IMG/VR virus record: IMGVR_UViG_3300023174_000151
Coordinates: 8,114-72,113 of that record
Length of the DNA stretch: 64,000 nt
Source of the DNA: a virus
Strand: one strand, 5' to 3'
Within the stretch, counting starts at the first letter, position 1. Each line of letters starts with the position of its first letter. Below, in pieces: positions 28,652-37,548 of this stretch. The position numbers and the translations under genes were made by a program. The notes beneath the pieces were generated by a model. It was not told the DNA's origin, made no database searches, and saw only the letters and a program-made list of their open reading frames with translations.

Positions 28652-29401
28652 ATGGATAGCCTAACACCCTCTGACTCATTTGTTGTTCGTGTATGGAACG
28701 ACACTCCGATCTCTCGACGCACCAGCGATAGTTACGTTAACGCCACGGCAATGTGCCGAGCCAACGGCAAACGGTGGACCAAATACCGCGAGTCGGACCG
28801 GGCTAACGAGTATTTGGAAGCCCTTTCGACCGAAGCCCGAATTTCGGTCCACGCTTTGATCGAGTCCCGCGCCGGAGGTATTGATGGGGGCGAAACCTGG
28901 ATTCACCCCCAGGTTGCTATTGACTTGGCTCGCTGGATTAATGCACCATTCGCAGTGTGGATGGATGGTTGGTTTCTTGAACAATTTGAAAATACACAAA
29001 AACAAAAAGCTGAACCACAACCTGCAATTTCTGGCGCAAACATACTTAACTTGTTAAAAGAATCTGTAGATTTTATTAAAGAGTTAGGGTGCCTTGAAGA
29101 TAGGGATTGTATTTTGTTTTCAGATTTAGCTAGAAATAACGCAATGCGTGTTAACTCAGACTTTCTTCTTCCCCCTGGGGACGAGGAAATAACCATAAGT
29201 GATGCTTATCTAGAGTTATTCCAAAAGAATTTACCACGCAATCAAATGAGTAATGTTGGTAAATTTGTTGCTCAAAAATACCGTGTTGAGTTTAAACAAG
29301 AGCCGCCAACACGTATTCAATATGTAGATGGCGCTCCAAGGAGAGTTAAAAGCTATCAAAAAAACTGGTTGACTTCAGTGCTTACATTACTTAAAGATTA
29401 G
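28652..29401 (+). CDS. KilA-N domain protein (antirepressor-like)
   Basis: YVNATAMCRANGK and GGETWIHPQVAIDLARW. Confidence 0.85.
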   Translation: MDSLTPSDSFVVRVWNDTPISRRTSDSYVNATAMCRANGKRWTKYRESDRANEYLEALSTEARISVHALIESRAGGIDGGETWIHPQVAIDLARWINAPFAVWMDGWFLEQFENTQKQKAEPQPAISGANILNLLKESVDFIKELGCLEDRDCILFSDLARNNAMRVNSDFLLPPGDEEITISDAYLELFQKNLPRNQMSNVGKFVAQKYRVEFKQEPPTRIQYVDGAPRRVKSYQKNWLTSVLTLLKD

Positions 29402-29670
29402 TTGTTTCAACCTGCTCGTCAATCTCCTTAGCGTCAGGGGGAATTGTATTTAGAACATATTGAGAAATAACGCGGTAACAGCCCAATGCTTCTTCCGTGT
29501 CCATTCCACCATTTACTAGATCAACAGCAGCTTGCAGGACGTCGTTTTGTTGTGGTGTCATTTGATGTTCCCGTTCGGGTAGAAAGTCGGATATCTTCCG
29601 ATTATGTGGCCAAAACTTACCGTTCGGTAATAATAAAATTAAGTCTAGTGTTGTTTAGTCAGGATGTAGG

Positions 29671-30006
29671 TTAGGTAAAAAACGTAAACCAAGTTCTTAT
29701 GGCATCACCTGTAGCTGTACCTGGTGATGTACGTACTGCTTTTAATAATTGTTTAGGGTTAGTAAACAGTTGTGAGCCTGTGTCCTGGTACAACGTAAAC
29801 CACACACCCTCGGTATTGTGTGTACCAGGGGGGACATTTGCGAATACGCGAAAGCTACCACCGTCAAATGTACGACTTACTCCAGCAGCAGGTGGTACCA
29901 CACCACAAGCTTTAAGTACGGATGCCTTGAGTACCGACTCAGGAATAACAGCTAGTTGGCGCCAGGAGGGTTGAGTTCCTGTAACTGAAGTGTCGTCAAT
30001 AGACAT
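29671..30006 (-). CDS. hypothetical protein
   Basis: 111-aa ORF. Confidence 0.5.
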   Translation of the reverse strand: MSIDDTSVTGTQPSWRQLAVIPESVLKASVLKACGVVPPAAGVSRTFDGGSFRVFANVPPGTHNTEGVWFTLYQDTGSQLFTNPKQLLKAVRTSPGTATGDAIRTWFTFFT

Positions 30007-30166
30007 TGCTTGCCCTAACTAGACTTTTCATAGAATAGCCTTTTGTTAAAATCGTGAAAAAGCAAGTCTAGCAAACAAAAAATGTACCTACCAGACCTAC
30101 GGTGTGCAAAAACATTATGTTCAGTAAGTTGAACACTACGTCAGTTACTGTCCGCGTTGGTGAACA

Positions 30167-30183
30167 GTAGTGGCGTTGACTAC
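30167..30183 (-). other. putative recombination core site C
   Basis: GTAGT-CAACGCC-ACTAC, perfect inverted arms with a 7-bp spacer; overlaps the TAG of ORF 30180-30356. Confidence 0.6.
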
Positions 30184-30356
30184 TCAACTACAGGCAGAGG
30201 TTCACCAAGTGACTCCAGCCAGCAAATTTGGCACCAATAGCCTTCGTGACTTGGAATAGTGCTCACAATTGTGTGGCTGTGAATCCCGTGCTTTGGGCAA
30301 TCAATCTTTGGTGCTTGGTAGCCGACTGCTAACCTGGGGTAATCTTGTTGGGTCAT
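30180..30356 (-). CDS. small zinc-finger protein (58 aa), putative cassette gene
   Basis: Hand-translated MTQQDYPRLAVGYQAPKIDCPKHGIHSHTIVSTIPSHEGYWCQICWLESLGEPLPVVE (CxxH...CxxC). Confidence 0.6.
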   Translation of the reverse strand: MTQQDYPRLAVGYQAPKIDCPKHGIHSHTIVSTIPSHEGYWCQICWLESLGEPLPVVE

Positions 30357-30375
30357 GGTGGTATGGCGAGGGTCA

Positions 30376-30392
30376 GAAGAGAAGGTGACTAC
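30376..30392 (-). other. putative recombination core site B
   Basis: GTAGT-CACCTTC-TCTTC; overlaps the TAG of ORF 30389-30616. Confidence 0.5.
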
Positions 30393-30616
30393 TTACCTAC
30401 TTCAATGGCATCCGTGAGTGGTGTCAAGTCTTCTGTTGTCCAGAAGGGTTTGGCAACCATTAGCTCTAGGTGCTCTACATTACGCTTGATTGTGTCGAGT
30501 TCATTGGAGGTACGGCTGGGCTTGGCGATCAGCTTGTTGATGAGACGTACGCTGTCAAGGGCAGCGGAATAGTGTTGAGCAATTTGCTCAGCAGTCGGGG
30601 CTTCCAGGATTGACAT
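30389..30616 (-). CDS. small protein downstream of the tail fibre, possible fibre accessory
   Basis: 75 aa; follows the tail-fibre stop directly. Confidence 0.65.
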   Translation of the reverse strand: MSILEAPTAEQIAQHYSAALDSVRLINKLIAKPSRTSNELDTIKRNVEHLELMVAKPFWTTEDLTPLTDAIEVGK

Positions 30617-30638
30617 TTGGCTCTTTGGGGAATGAAAG

Positions 30639-33476
30639 TTAAGCGCCCTTGAGGGCAGCTAGTTCTAATTGTAACTCTTTAACTATAATAGTTAATTCTT
30701 GTACGGCATTTACCAGCACAGGAATCATGTTTGACTGAGCAAAGGTATATTGATTAGGATCGTTAGTGTCAACAAGATTAGTGTAAGAGGCATCAAAAGT
30801 TTCAATAGTTTCTAAGACTTCTTGAGCTATAAAACCTGCGGCTTGTTTACCTTGATCAGCATCAGTGTGACGTAGATTCCATTCAAATTTACGGGGTTTT
30901 AGTGCAGCAATAAAATCCAAGCCAAGCGTTAAGTCTTGAATGTTAGCTTTATCACGGGCATCTGAAACAAAAGCCCAAGCCGATGCTACACCTTGGAAAC
31001 GCGCCACAACACTACCGTTGTATATGCTAACTTCATTGTTAACAGTTGCTGACGACCCAACAGATTGATAACCAATGAATATATTGTTGCTGCCAGTGGT
31101 GTTTGCGTTGGTGCCAATGCCATGTCCGGCACTGTATCCATTAGCAGTGTTGTAGTTACCAGTGGTGTTGGAGTAAAGGGCACTTAGTCCATTAGCAGTG
31201 TTGTATTCACCAGTGGTGTTGGAGTAAAGGGCACTGTATCCATTAGCAGTGTTCTGGGTACCAGTGGTGTTGGAGTAAAGGGCACTGTATCCATTAGCAG
31301 TGTTGTAGTTACCAGTGGTGTTGGAGTAAAGGGCACTGTATCCATTAGCAGTGTTGTAGTTACCAGTGGTGTTGGAGTAAAGGGCACTGTATCCATTAGC
31401 AGTGTTCTGGGTACCAGTGGTGTTGGAGTAAAGGGCACTTAGTCCATTAGCAGTGTTGTATTCACCAGTGGTGTTGGAGTAAAGGGCACTGTATCCATTA
31501 GCAGTGTTCTGGGTACCAGTGGTGTTGGATTTAAGGGCACTGTATCCATTAGCAGTGTTGTAGTTACCAGTGGTGTTGGAGTAAAGGGCATTTAGTCCAA
31601 CCGCTGTATTAGAACTTATTGCCCCTGCACCACGCCCTACGGTTATTCCATAAACTAGCGCATCGCTATTCACTTGCAGGAGGTTGGCGCCAGACGCACT
31701 AGACGTGCCAACTAACAGTCTCCCGGAGCTGTCGATGCGGGCGCGTTCGGTGGTAGCTGAATAATTGCTTGCGCCACCGGTAGCAAAAATAAGATTATTA
31801 CGAGAAAAGAAGCCTAAATCACCATCGCCTGCGTTTACGGCGCCAAGACCGCACAATGTATCGTCACTGGTAGTTCTGCTAAATCGAATACCAGCACCTT
31901 CGCCTGTAAAGTTATCAAGCGTTAATTGCCCAATGCGTGTGTTTATGTTTGTACCATCAGACACAAGTAGTCTTGCGTCAGGCCCAGTAGAGCCAATCCC
32001 TACTTGGCCTGAGGAATTTATGTACATCCGATATGTAGCTGCAGTATTGTCCCATATACCAAAGGCTCCACTAGCATTTACACCGAGCGAGTATTTATTT
32101 GCGCCTGTTCCAGTGTTATCAATAGAGATACATGGAAGATTTCCTGTGAGCTGAAGTTGTTGGCCAAATCCTGCTGTATTAGTAGGCGAACTAGTCCCCA
32201 GACCTAATCGGCCTGAAGAATCCAGGCGCATCCGCTCGACTGCCGATGCGTTATTACTTGCAGTGGTGCAAAATTGGATGTTGCCGTTACCTATTTCGGC
32301 TTCAAGATTGATAAAGCAAGTGGCTGCTCCGGTGTTGACAATCGAGCCATCAACGGGATTGCGGTTTGCCGCTATTTGAGTAGTGTAACCACTGGCACCA
32401 AGAAATGCAGCGCTAGTAGCAGAGTTAATCCTGACTGTTTGTGCAGAGCTTCCGCCAAGGTGTAAGGCTGTACTCGGTGTTGTTCCAATACCAATTCTCC
32501 CACTCGCATCAACAAACAACCGCCCAGTGCCATTAGTTGAGATGGCTAGTTGGTTTGCACCAGGGGAAAATATACCTGTGTCTGGGTCTGAAAGTATGGC
32601 TAGTGACGGGAGTGCGGCTGTACCACTAGCAATAATGCCAGATGTAAAGGTTGCTGTAGTACCTGTTAATGAAGTGAATGTTCCCGTAGGAGCAATAACA
32701 GTTGCACCAGAAACTTGTGTAGTAAAGACTCCTGATGTGAAGGTAGCAGTCGTACCTGTAGTTGTAGTACCTGTTAGGGAAGTAAATGTACCTGTTGTGG
32801 CAATAGCAGTTACACCGGAAACTTGTGTAGTGAAGACGCCAGATACAAAATTAGCAGTCGTACCTGTAGTTGTAGTACCTGTTAATGAAGTGAATGTTCC
32901 CGTAGGAGCAATGACAGTTGCACCGGAAACTTGTGTAGTAAATACACCTGATGCAAAGTTAGCACTAGTACCTGTAATTGTAGTACCTGTTAGGGAAGTA
33001 AATGTGCCTGTTGTGGCAATAACTGTTGTACCAGAAACTTGTGTAGTGAATACACCAGATGCAAAATTAGCAGTCGTACCTGTAGTTGTAGTACCTGTTA
33101 GGGAAGTAAATGTTCCTGTAGGAGCAATAACAGTTGCACCGGAAACTTGTGTAGTGAATACACCAGATGCAAAATTAGCAGTCGTACCTGTAGTTGTAGT
33201 ACCCGTTAGTGAAGTAAATGTTCCTGTTGTGGCAATAACAGTTGCACCGGAAACTTGTGTAGTGAAGACGCCAGATACAAAGTTAGCAGTTGTACCAGTA
33301 ACAGTTACGCCTGAGATTGTTGTACCGCCTCTAATTACATCTCCAGAAATTGTTCCAGTTGCGGTTATGTTTCCTGTGAAGGTAGGATTTTGAACTAAAC
33401 CAGAAAGTGAAATACTTTTATCTACGCCATTATCGGTAAACGTAACTGTGTCAACTTTGATAATTCCGTAAGGCAT
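30639..33476 (-). CDS. tail fibre / receptor-binding protein with C-terminal S74 intramolecular chaperone
   Basis: Thr/Gly-rich 36-aa repeats; ERMRLDSSGRLGLGTSSP-type modules; 17-aa NTANG repeats; SDARDKANIQDL...GFIAQE; terminal coiled coil. Confidence 0.88.
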   Translation of the reverse strand: MPYGIIKVDTVTFTDNGVDKSISLSGLVQNPTFTGNITATGTISGDVIRGGTTISGVTVTGTTANFVSGVFTTQVSGATVIATTGTFTSLTGTTTTGTTANFASGVFTTQVSGATVIAPTGTFTSLTGTTTTGTTANFASGVFTTQVSGTTVIATTGTFTSLTGTTITGTSANFASGVFTTQVSGATVIAPTGTFTSLTGTTTTGTTANFVSGVFTTQVSGVTAIATTGTFTSLTGTTTTGTTATFTSGVFTTQVSGATVIAPTGTFTSLTGTTATFTSGIIASGTAALPSLAILSDPDTGIFSPGANQLAISTNGTGRLFVDASGRIGIGTTPSTALHLGGSSAQTVRINSATSAAFLGASGYTTQIAANRNPVDGSIVNTGAATCFINLEAEIGNGNIQFCTTASNNASAVERMRLDSSGRLGLGTSSPTNTAGFGQQLQLTGNLPCISIDNTGTGANKYSLGVNASGAFGIWDNTAATYRMYINSSGQVGIGSTGPDARLLVSDGTNINTRIGQLTLDNFTGEGAGIRFSRTTSDDTLCGLGAVNAGDGDLGFFSRNNLIFATGGASNYSATTERARIDSSGRLLVGTSSASGANLLQVNSDALVYGITVGRGAGAISSNTAVGLNALYSNTTGNYNTANGYSALKSNTTGTQNTANGYSALYSNTTGEYNTANGLSALYSNTTGTQNTANGYSALYSNTTGNYNTANGYSALYSNTTGNYNTANGYSALYSNTTGTQNTANGYSALYSNTTGEYNTANGLSALYSNTTGNYNTANGYSAGHGIGTNANTTGSNNIFIGYQSVGSSATVNNEVSIYNGSVVARFQGVASAWAFVSDARDKANIQDLTLGLDFIAALKPRKFEWNLRHTDADQGKQAAGFIAQEVLETIETFDASYTNLVDTNDPNQYTFAQSNMIPVLVNAVQELTIIVKELQLELAALKGA
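31128..31610 (-). repeat. 51-bp coding tandem repeat, about 9.5 copies
   Basis: NTANG(Y/L)SALYSNTTG(NY/TQ/EY) units, nearly identical in DNA. Confidence 0.92.
32533..32549 (-). other. putative recombination core site A, inside the tail-fibre ORF
   Basis: CTAGC-CATCTCA-ACTAA encoding L310-AISTN, just downstream of the N-terminal repeat region. Confidence 0.5.
32650..33300 (-). repeat. 108-bp (36-aa) coding repeats, about 6 copies
   Basis: ANF(V/A)SGVFTTQVSGATVIA(T/P)TGTFTSLTGTTTTGTT. Confidence 0.9.
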
Positions 33477-33515
33477 TTTGTGTTCCTTGTTTTTTCTTTA
33501 TTTTAACCGAAAAAA

Positions 33516-34058
33516 CTAAACAAGGATGATTAAAGGGCCTTTGAAATTTAAAACTGCAAATTGTCCGTAAAATTGTTTTGCAGCTAAATCATAAGCTTTA
33601 GCTGCATCTTCTTCTTTATGAAATCTTCCAAGTTCTTTTGGTTTACCGTTAATTACAATTCTTGCACGCCACTTGTTTCTAGGCTTATGCCAGTAAACAC
33701 CTTTATACTTGCTTGTTTTTTTCTCTTTTATTGCAGGAGTTAATTGTCGGTTATGACAATTTGATGCAGAAGTTGCAAGGCGTAAATTCCCAATATTATT
33801 ATTTTGTTTATTTTGATCGATATGATCTATTTGTAACTCTGCAGGATCTTCGTCAAAATAAAGAGCCCAAACAAATCGGTGGCACGCCCAAGATTCTTTT
33901 TTGTACTTAACATACCAGTATTGTCCATTTCTTATACCACCTGCGGGCATCCCAACGTTTTTGCCTTTCTTCCATAAGAGTCCAGATGGGCTATCTTGAG
34001 AGATTTTAAAAGCAAGGGATAGTTCTTTGAGCAGCGGTAAAGGCTTTGACTTGACCAA
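33516..34058 (-). CDS. HNH-AP2 homing endonuclease
   Basis: CHRFVW and IDHIDQNKQNNNIGNLR (HNH); SKYKGV...WRARI...LGRF...AAKAYD (AP2). Start probably the TTG at 34058, after a TATACT box. Confidence 0.88.
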   Translation of the reverse strand: MVKSKPLPLLKELSLAFKISQDSPSGLLWKKGKNVGMPAGGIRNGQYWYVKYKKESWACHRFVWALYFDEDPAELQIDHIDQNKQNNNIGNLRLATSASNCHNRQLTPAIKEKKTSKYKGVYWHKPRNKWRARIVINGKPKELGRFHKEEDAAKAYDLAAKQFYGQFAVLNFKGPLIILV

Positions 34059-34096
34059 GTTGTTTTGGACGGGCTTTATAGTATAAACCAAAACCG

Positions 34097-35878
34097 CTAT
34101 AAAATAATCAAAGGGCCACGGATAACAAATCCACTGGTACTGCCCGAGACAACGCCAGAACAAATTAAAGCAGGAGAAGCACCTGATACTGTTGTTATAT
34201 GAAGAGTGCTTCCTGTCAGAGTAGTAAATAAACCTGTATTACCTGTTATTGTTGTGCCTGAAACCTGTGTAGTAAATACACCGGATACAAAATTAGCAGT
34301 TGTACCAGTAGTTGTGGTACCTGTTAAGGAAACAAATGTTCCAGTGGTTGCAGCAACTGTTGTACCTGTAAATGTCTGTCCACTAACTGTTCCTGTAACA
34401 CTGATACCTGAGCTAAAAAACCCTGAACCAAGCGTAGAGGTATTACCTGAAAAAACTAAACCTCCTGAATAACTTTGGTTAACTGCATTGATGGTCGTAA
34501 AATTACCAGTTGCTGCAGCAAACGTAGTACCTGTGAGATTAACAAAATCTCCTGATGTGCCTTGAATTAAGTTACCTGTAATTGTTGCGCCAGAAGCACT
34601 GGTTGTAAATACAGCAACTTGTCCAGTTACAGACGTAAAGGAACCTGTGTCTCCTGTGACGAGTGTTCCAGATACACGTGTTGTAAATGTTCCGGTAGCT
34701 CCTGTAACAGATGAAAATGCTGCTACGTCACCAGTAACAATGGCACCTGAAACTTTAGTTGTGAAATTACCAGATACACCATTAACTACTGAAAATAAAC
34801 CAGATGTTCCAGTAATAGTTACGCCTGAAATATTACTTGTAAATACTCCAGAAACACCTGAAACAAAAGTAGCTGCAACTGTATTCCCTGTTACAAGTAA
34901 ACCTGATACACGATTTGTAAATGTACCTGATACACCTGTTAATTGTGTAATGTTTCCTGTGTCTCCAATAATGGATGCCCCTGATAAGAATTGTGTAAAT
35001 ACACCTGAAACACCTGTAACATTACCAAATGAACTATTGTTTCCCGTAATCGTTGCACCAGATAACCTGGTTGTAAATACACCAGACACTCCAGTGATAT
35101 TACTCACTAAGGTTGTATCACCTGTAATCGTTGCTCCTGAAAGCTGACTAGTAAAAACACCTGAAACACCAGTAACTGTACTGAATTTAGCTGTAGTTCC
35201 GGTTACCGTAGTGCCAGATAATGTTCCTGTGACTTGTACGCCGGAAGCAAATTGGGCAAGTCCAGTAACTGTTAGGCCACTTGCTACGGAGAGATTTCCG
35301 GTTACGGCTAAAATAGGTATATTTAAAGTTTGGAAAGTTCCTGTTGTAGCTTCTACTGTTGTTCCTGTAATTGTTGTTCCACTTAAATTAATAAATGTTC
35401 CCGAGGTTGCAAGTATCTGCCCACCAGTTATTGTGGTTCCTGATAAATTTTGAAATCTTCCACTTGTAAATAAACTAGATGTTCCTGTGGTTGTTGTGGT
35501 TGTGGCTGTAACTGCATTGACAAAAGTACCTTGTAAATATGTACCTGTTACTGTTGTTCCGCTTATAACGCCGCTAACAGTAGCGTTATTTTGTACTAGG
35601 AGACCACTAACGGTTGTTAAACCGGAAGCTGTAATTGTGGAAAAGGTACTAGTACCGCTTACAGAAAGATTTCCAGTAACTGTAATATTTCCACTAAAAG
35701 TAGCACCACTAGTAGAAGGATAATAAGTGTCAAGATAATCTTTGAATTGTATAAATGTAATTTTTTTATTACGTAACGTTGGATCCACTTCAAAAACGTG
35801 GACAAGCGTTAGCAAGTCTTCTTCGTCAATTTGGTTTCCGTCAATAGATGGAAACTCACTTATTCTACGGTTTGCCAC
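34097..35878 (-). CDS. tail fibre/tail-associated repeat protein
   Basis: 593 aa; MANRRISEFP N-terminus; about 26-aa GVSGVFT..SGATITG repeats. Confidence 0.75.
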   Translation of the reverse strand: MANRRISEFPSIDGNQIDEEDLLTLVHVFEVDPTLRNKKITFIQFKDYLDTYYPSTSGATFSGNITVTGNLSVSGTSTFSTITASGLTTVSGLLVQNNATVSGVISGTTVTGTYLQGTFVNAVTATTTTTTGTSSLFTSGRFQNLSGTTITGGQILATSGTFINLSGTTITGTTVEATTGTFQTLNIPILAVTGNLSVASGLTVTGLAQFASGVQVTGTLSGTTVTGTTAKFSTVTGVSGVFTSQLSGATITGDTTLVSNITGVSGVFTTRLSGATITGNNSSFGNVTGVSGVFTQFLSGASIIGDTGNITQLTGVSGTFTNRVSGLLVTGNTVAATFVSGVSGVFTSNISGVTITGTSGLFSVVNGVSGNFTTKVSGAIVTGDVAAFSSVTGATGTFTTRVSGTLVTGDTGSFTSVTGQVAVFTTSASGATITGNLIQGTSGDFVNLTGTTFAAATGNFTTINAVNQSYSGGLVFSGNTSTLGSGFFSSGISVTGTVSGQTFTGTTVAATTGTFVSLTGTTTTGTTANFVSGVFTTQVSGTTITGNTGLFTTLTGSTLHITTVSGASPALICSGVVSGSTSGFVIRGPLIIL

Positions 35879-35923
35879 CTACTTCTCAATATATGTGCGT
35901 ACTTTAATTATAAAGCGTTTTCC

Positions 35924-36235
35924 TTACTTTACTCTAATTTCTATGCGAGGTAAAACATTTGTGCCATAGTTCCAAATCTGTTGTATTCCTGTTACAATTC
36001 CACAAGCTACAGCAAATAACAAAAGTAATTCTGCAACAGTCCAGTTGCGACGCACATAAACAATCCTTGGGCCTTGTTGTGTTTGCACTGTTTGTTGTTG
36101 AATTCCTTGTTGAATTCCCTGTTGTATTGCCATTTCCATGGCACGAGCTTTCATTTCTGCAAGTTGTGCAGGGGAGATTGACCCCTCTGGCATCTGTGGA
36201 ATTGAAGGTTGGCTAGGCGGAATCTGGTCTTCCAT
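35924..36235 (-). CDS. membrane protein
   Basis: One hydrophobic segment, VAELLLLFAVACGIVTGI. Confidence 0.6.
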   Translation of the reverse strand: MEDQIPPSQPSIPQMPEGSISPAQLAEMKARAMEMAIQQGIQQGIQQQTVQTQQGPRIVYVRRNWTVAELLLLFAVACGIVTGIQQIWNYGTNVLPRIEIRVK

Positions 36236-36288
36236 AATGGTTGTTTTATCTTTAAAAACGTTAGCATGTTCTCGACTTATTTGTCGTT

Positions 36289-36723
36289 ATGTACACCGGA
36301 ATTCCTAAAGGGCTACAGGATATTGTTGCTGAACTCAAAAGCATCAAGCACATACTGGCCTCAATGTGGCACAGTCGCTACCAAGAGGGCGAAACGGATC
36401 AGTTAAATCCAGAAGCCTATACTGACGAGTACATTTCTACTGAAGAGTGTGGCAGGCGTCTAGGTATATCAGATCAGACGGTAAGAAATTGGATTTCTAT
36501 CGGTAAGAACAACCCAAGTAAGGGCTGGGTAGAGGGCCTTCATTACGTCAACGCATCTCCTAATCCTGGTAAAAAAGCACTTCTTCGTATCCCCTGGAAC
36601 ACTTTAGTTCGTTCTTTTGCTAAAAATAAGAAAATAGATCAGGCAGATTTACGTGACAATCTTCCTTCCATGTATTGCACAACCACAGCTGAAAAGGTTA
36701 TGGAAAATGGCACACCGCTTTAA
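36289..36723 (+). CDS. helix-turn-helix (excisionase/MerR-like) DNA-binding protein
   Basis: YISTEECGRRLGISDQTVRNWI. Confidence 0.7.
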   Translation: MYTGIPKGLQDIVAELKSIKHILASMWHSRYQEGETDQLNPEAYTDEYISTEECGRRLGISDQTVRNWISIGKNNPSKGWVEGLHYVNASPNPGKKALLRIPWNTLVRSFAKNKKIDQADLRDNLPSMYCTTTAEKVMENGTPL

Positions 36724-37165
36724 AAATGTAGATATTGCAGCGGTCACTCTTGACAATGTCAATGAGGTGCTTCCAGAATCCCTTTTTTTACAGTTGGAAT
36801 TTTTTCTTCCGCCTGAAGGTTCTTTTGATGATGGTTGCTTACAAAGATACCTGACAATCTTAAAACAATATGAAGAAGAGGATGAGAATTCTCACATGAC
36901 GTTAGCGAATCGTTTACGTCTTGCGTTCCAGGAACCTACGCCAGCTACAATATGCGGTAAATTCCCACAAGCAGAACTTCCCTTGAAAAGGCGGTTGCGT
37001 TGTGTAGCGGAGTATTTGATTCGTTCAGGTGAATTAGATAAGGTTAAAGATGAAAATGGAAAGCTTGTAAAAAAGCGTGGCATCTTAGGTAAAATGGTAG
37101 TGCTGTACAGACCTACTGGTAAGCTGCTAGAGTCTTTAGTACGTCAAGGGTTAATAGAAAAATGA
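36707..37165 (+). CDS. hypothetical protein
   Basis: MAHRFK start within track ORF 36653-37165. Confidence 0.6.
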   Translation: MAHRFKNVDIAAVTLDNVNEVLPESLFLQLEFFLPPEGSFDDGCLQRYLTILKQYEEEDENSHMTLANRLRLAFQEPTPATICGKFPQAELPLKRRLRCVAEYLIRSGELDKVKDENGKLVKKRGILGKMVVLYRPTGKLLESLVRQGLIEK

Positions 37166-37548
37166 ACCGCAGAGAAAACTTAATTGCTTCTGTTATCGGT
37201 CCAGAGTTGGACGAAACAAAAGCTAAGATGCTCGACGCAACACTTAAGTTGATTCTTGGTGATATGGGAGAACAGTACTGTAAACATTGGGAGCTTTCTG
37301 GTCCAGGTGTAATGGTCTTTCAACCAGAACATAAAGATCGCACAATGTTCTATTGGTTACTTTCTGAAATACATAAGGCACAAGAGAAATCTGAAAGAGA
37401 AAACAACGGAGATCTAGCAGAAACATTTAGACGTATTCTTGAGTCTGCACAGAAAATTAATCCAGTAGAGAATGCTGGTTATGTAATCAATGACAATGAG
37501 GGCATTCGCTATTTCCAAATAGACTATAACAAAACAGCTGAGTCTTAA
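37162..37548 (+). CDS. hypothetical protein
   Basis: 128 aa; coupled to neighbours. Confidence 0.65.
   Translation: MNRRENLIASVIGPELDETKAKMLDATLKLILGDMGEQYCKHWELSGPGVMVFQPEHKDRTMFYWLLSEIHKAQEKSERENNGDLAETFRRILESAQKINPVENAGYVINDNEGIRYFQIDYNKTAES

Noticed and set aside
29402-29674. ORF 29486-29674 or further cassette sites
   Set aside because: No recognisable protein features, and no match to the 17-bp core motif was seen by eye.
31128-31610. CRISPR-like repeat array
   Set aside because: The 51-bp units are contiguous, in frame within the tail-fibre gene and have no unique spacers; no cas genes are present.
32179-32195. Fourth recombination site, CTAGT-TCGCCT-ACTAA
   Set aside because: The spacer is 6 bp and lacks CA-N-C; it is explained by the common GTSSPT fibre motif. 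Kept only as a weak possibility.
32527-35723. Val/Pro-rich plus-strand ORFs (32527-33393, 34206-34472, 34647-35147 and others)
   Set aside because: These are antisense shadows of the Thr/Gly repeat codons of the tail genes.
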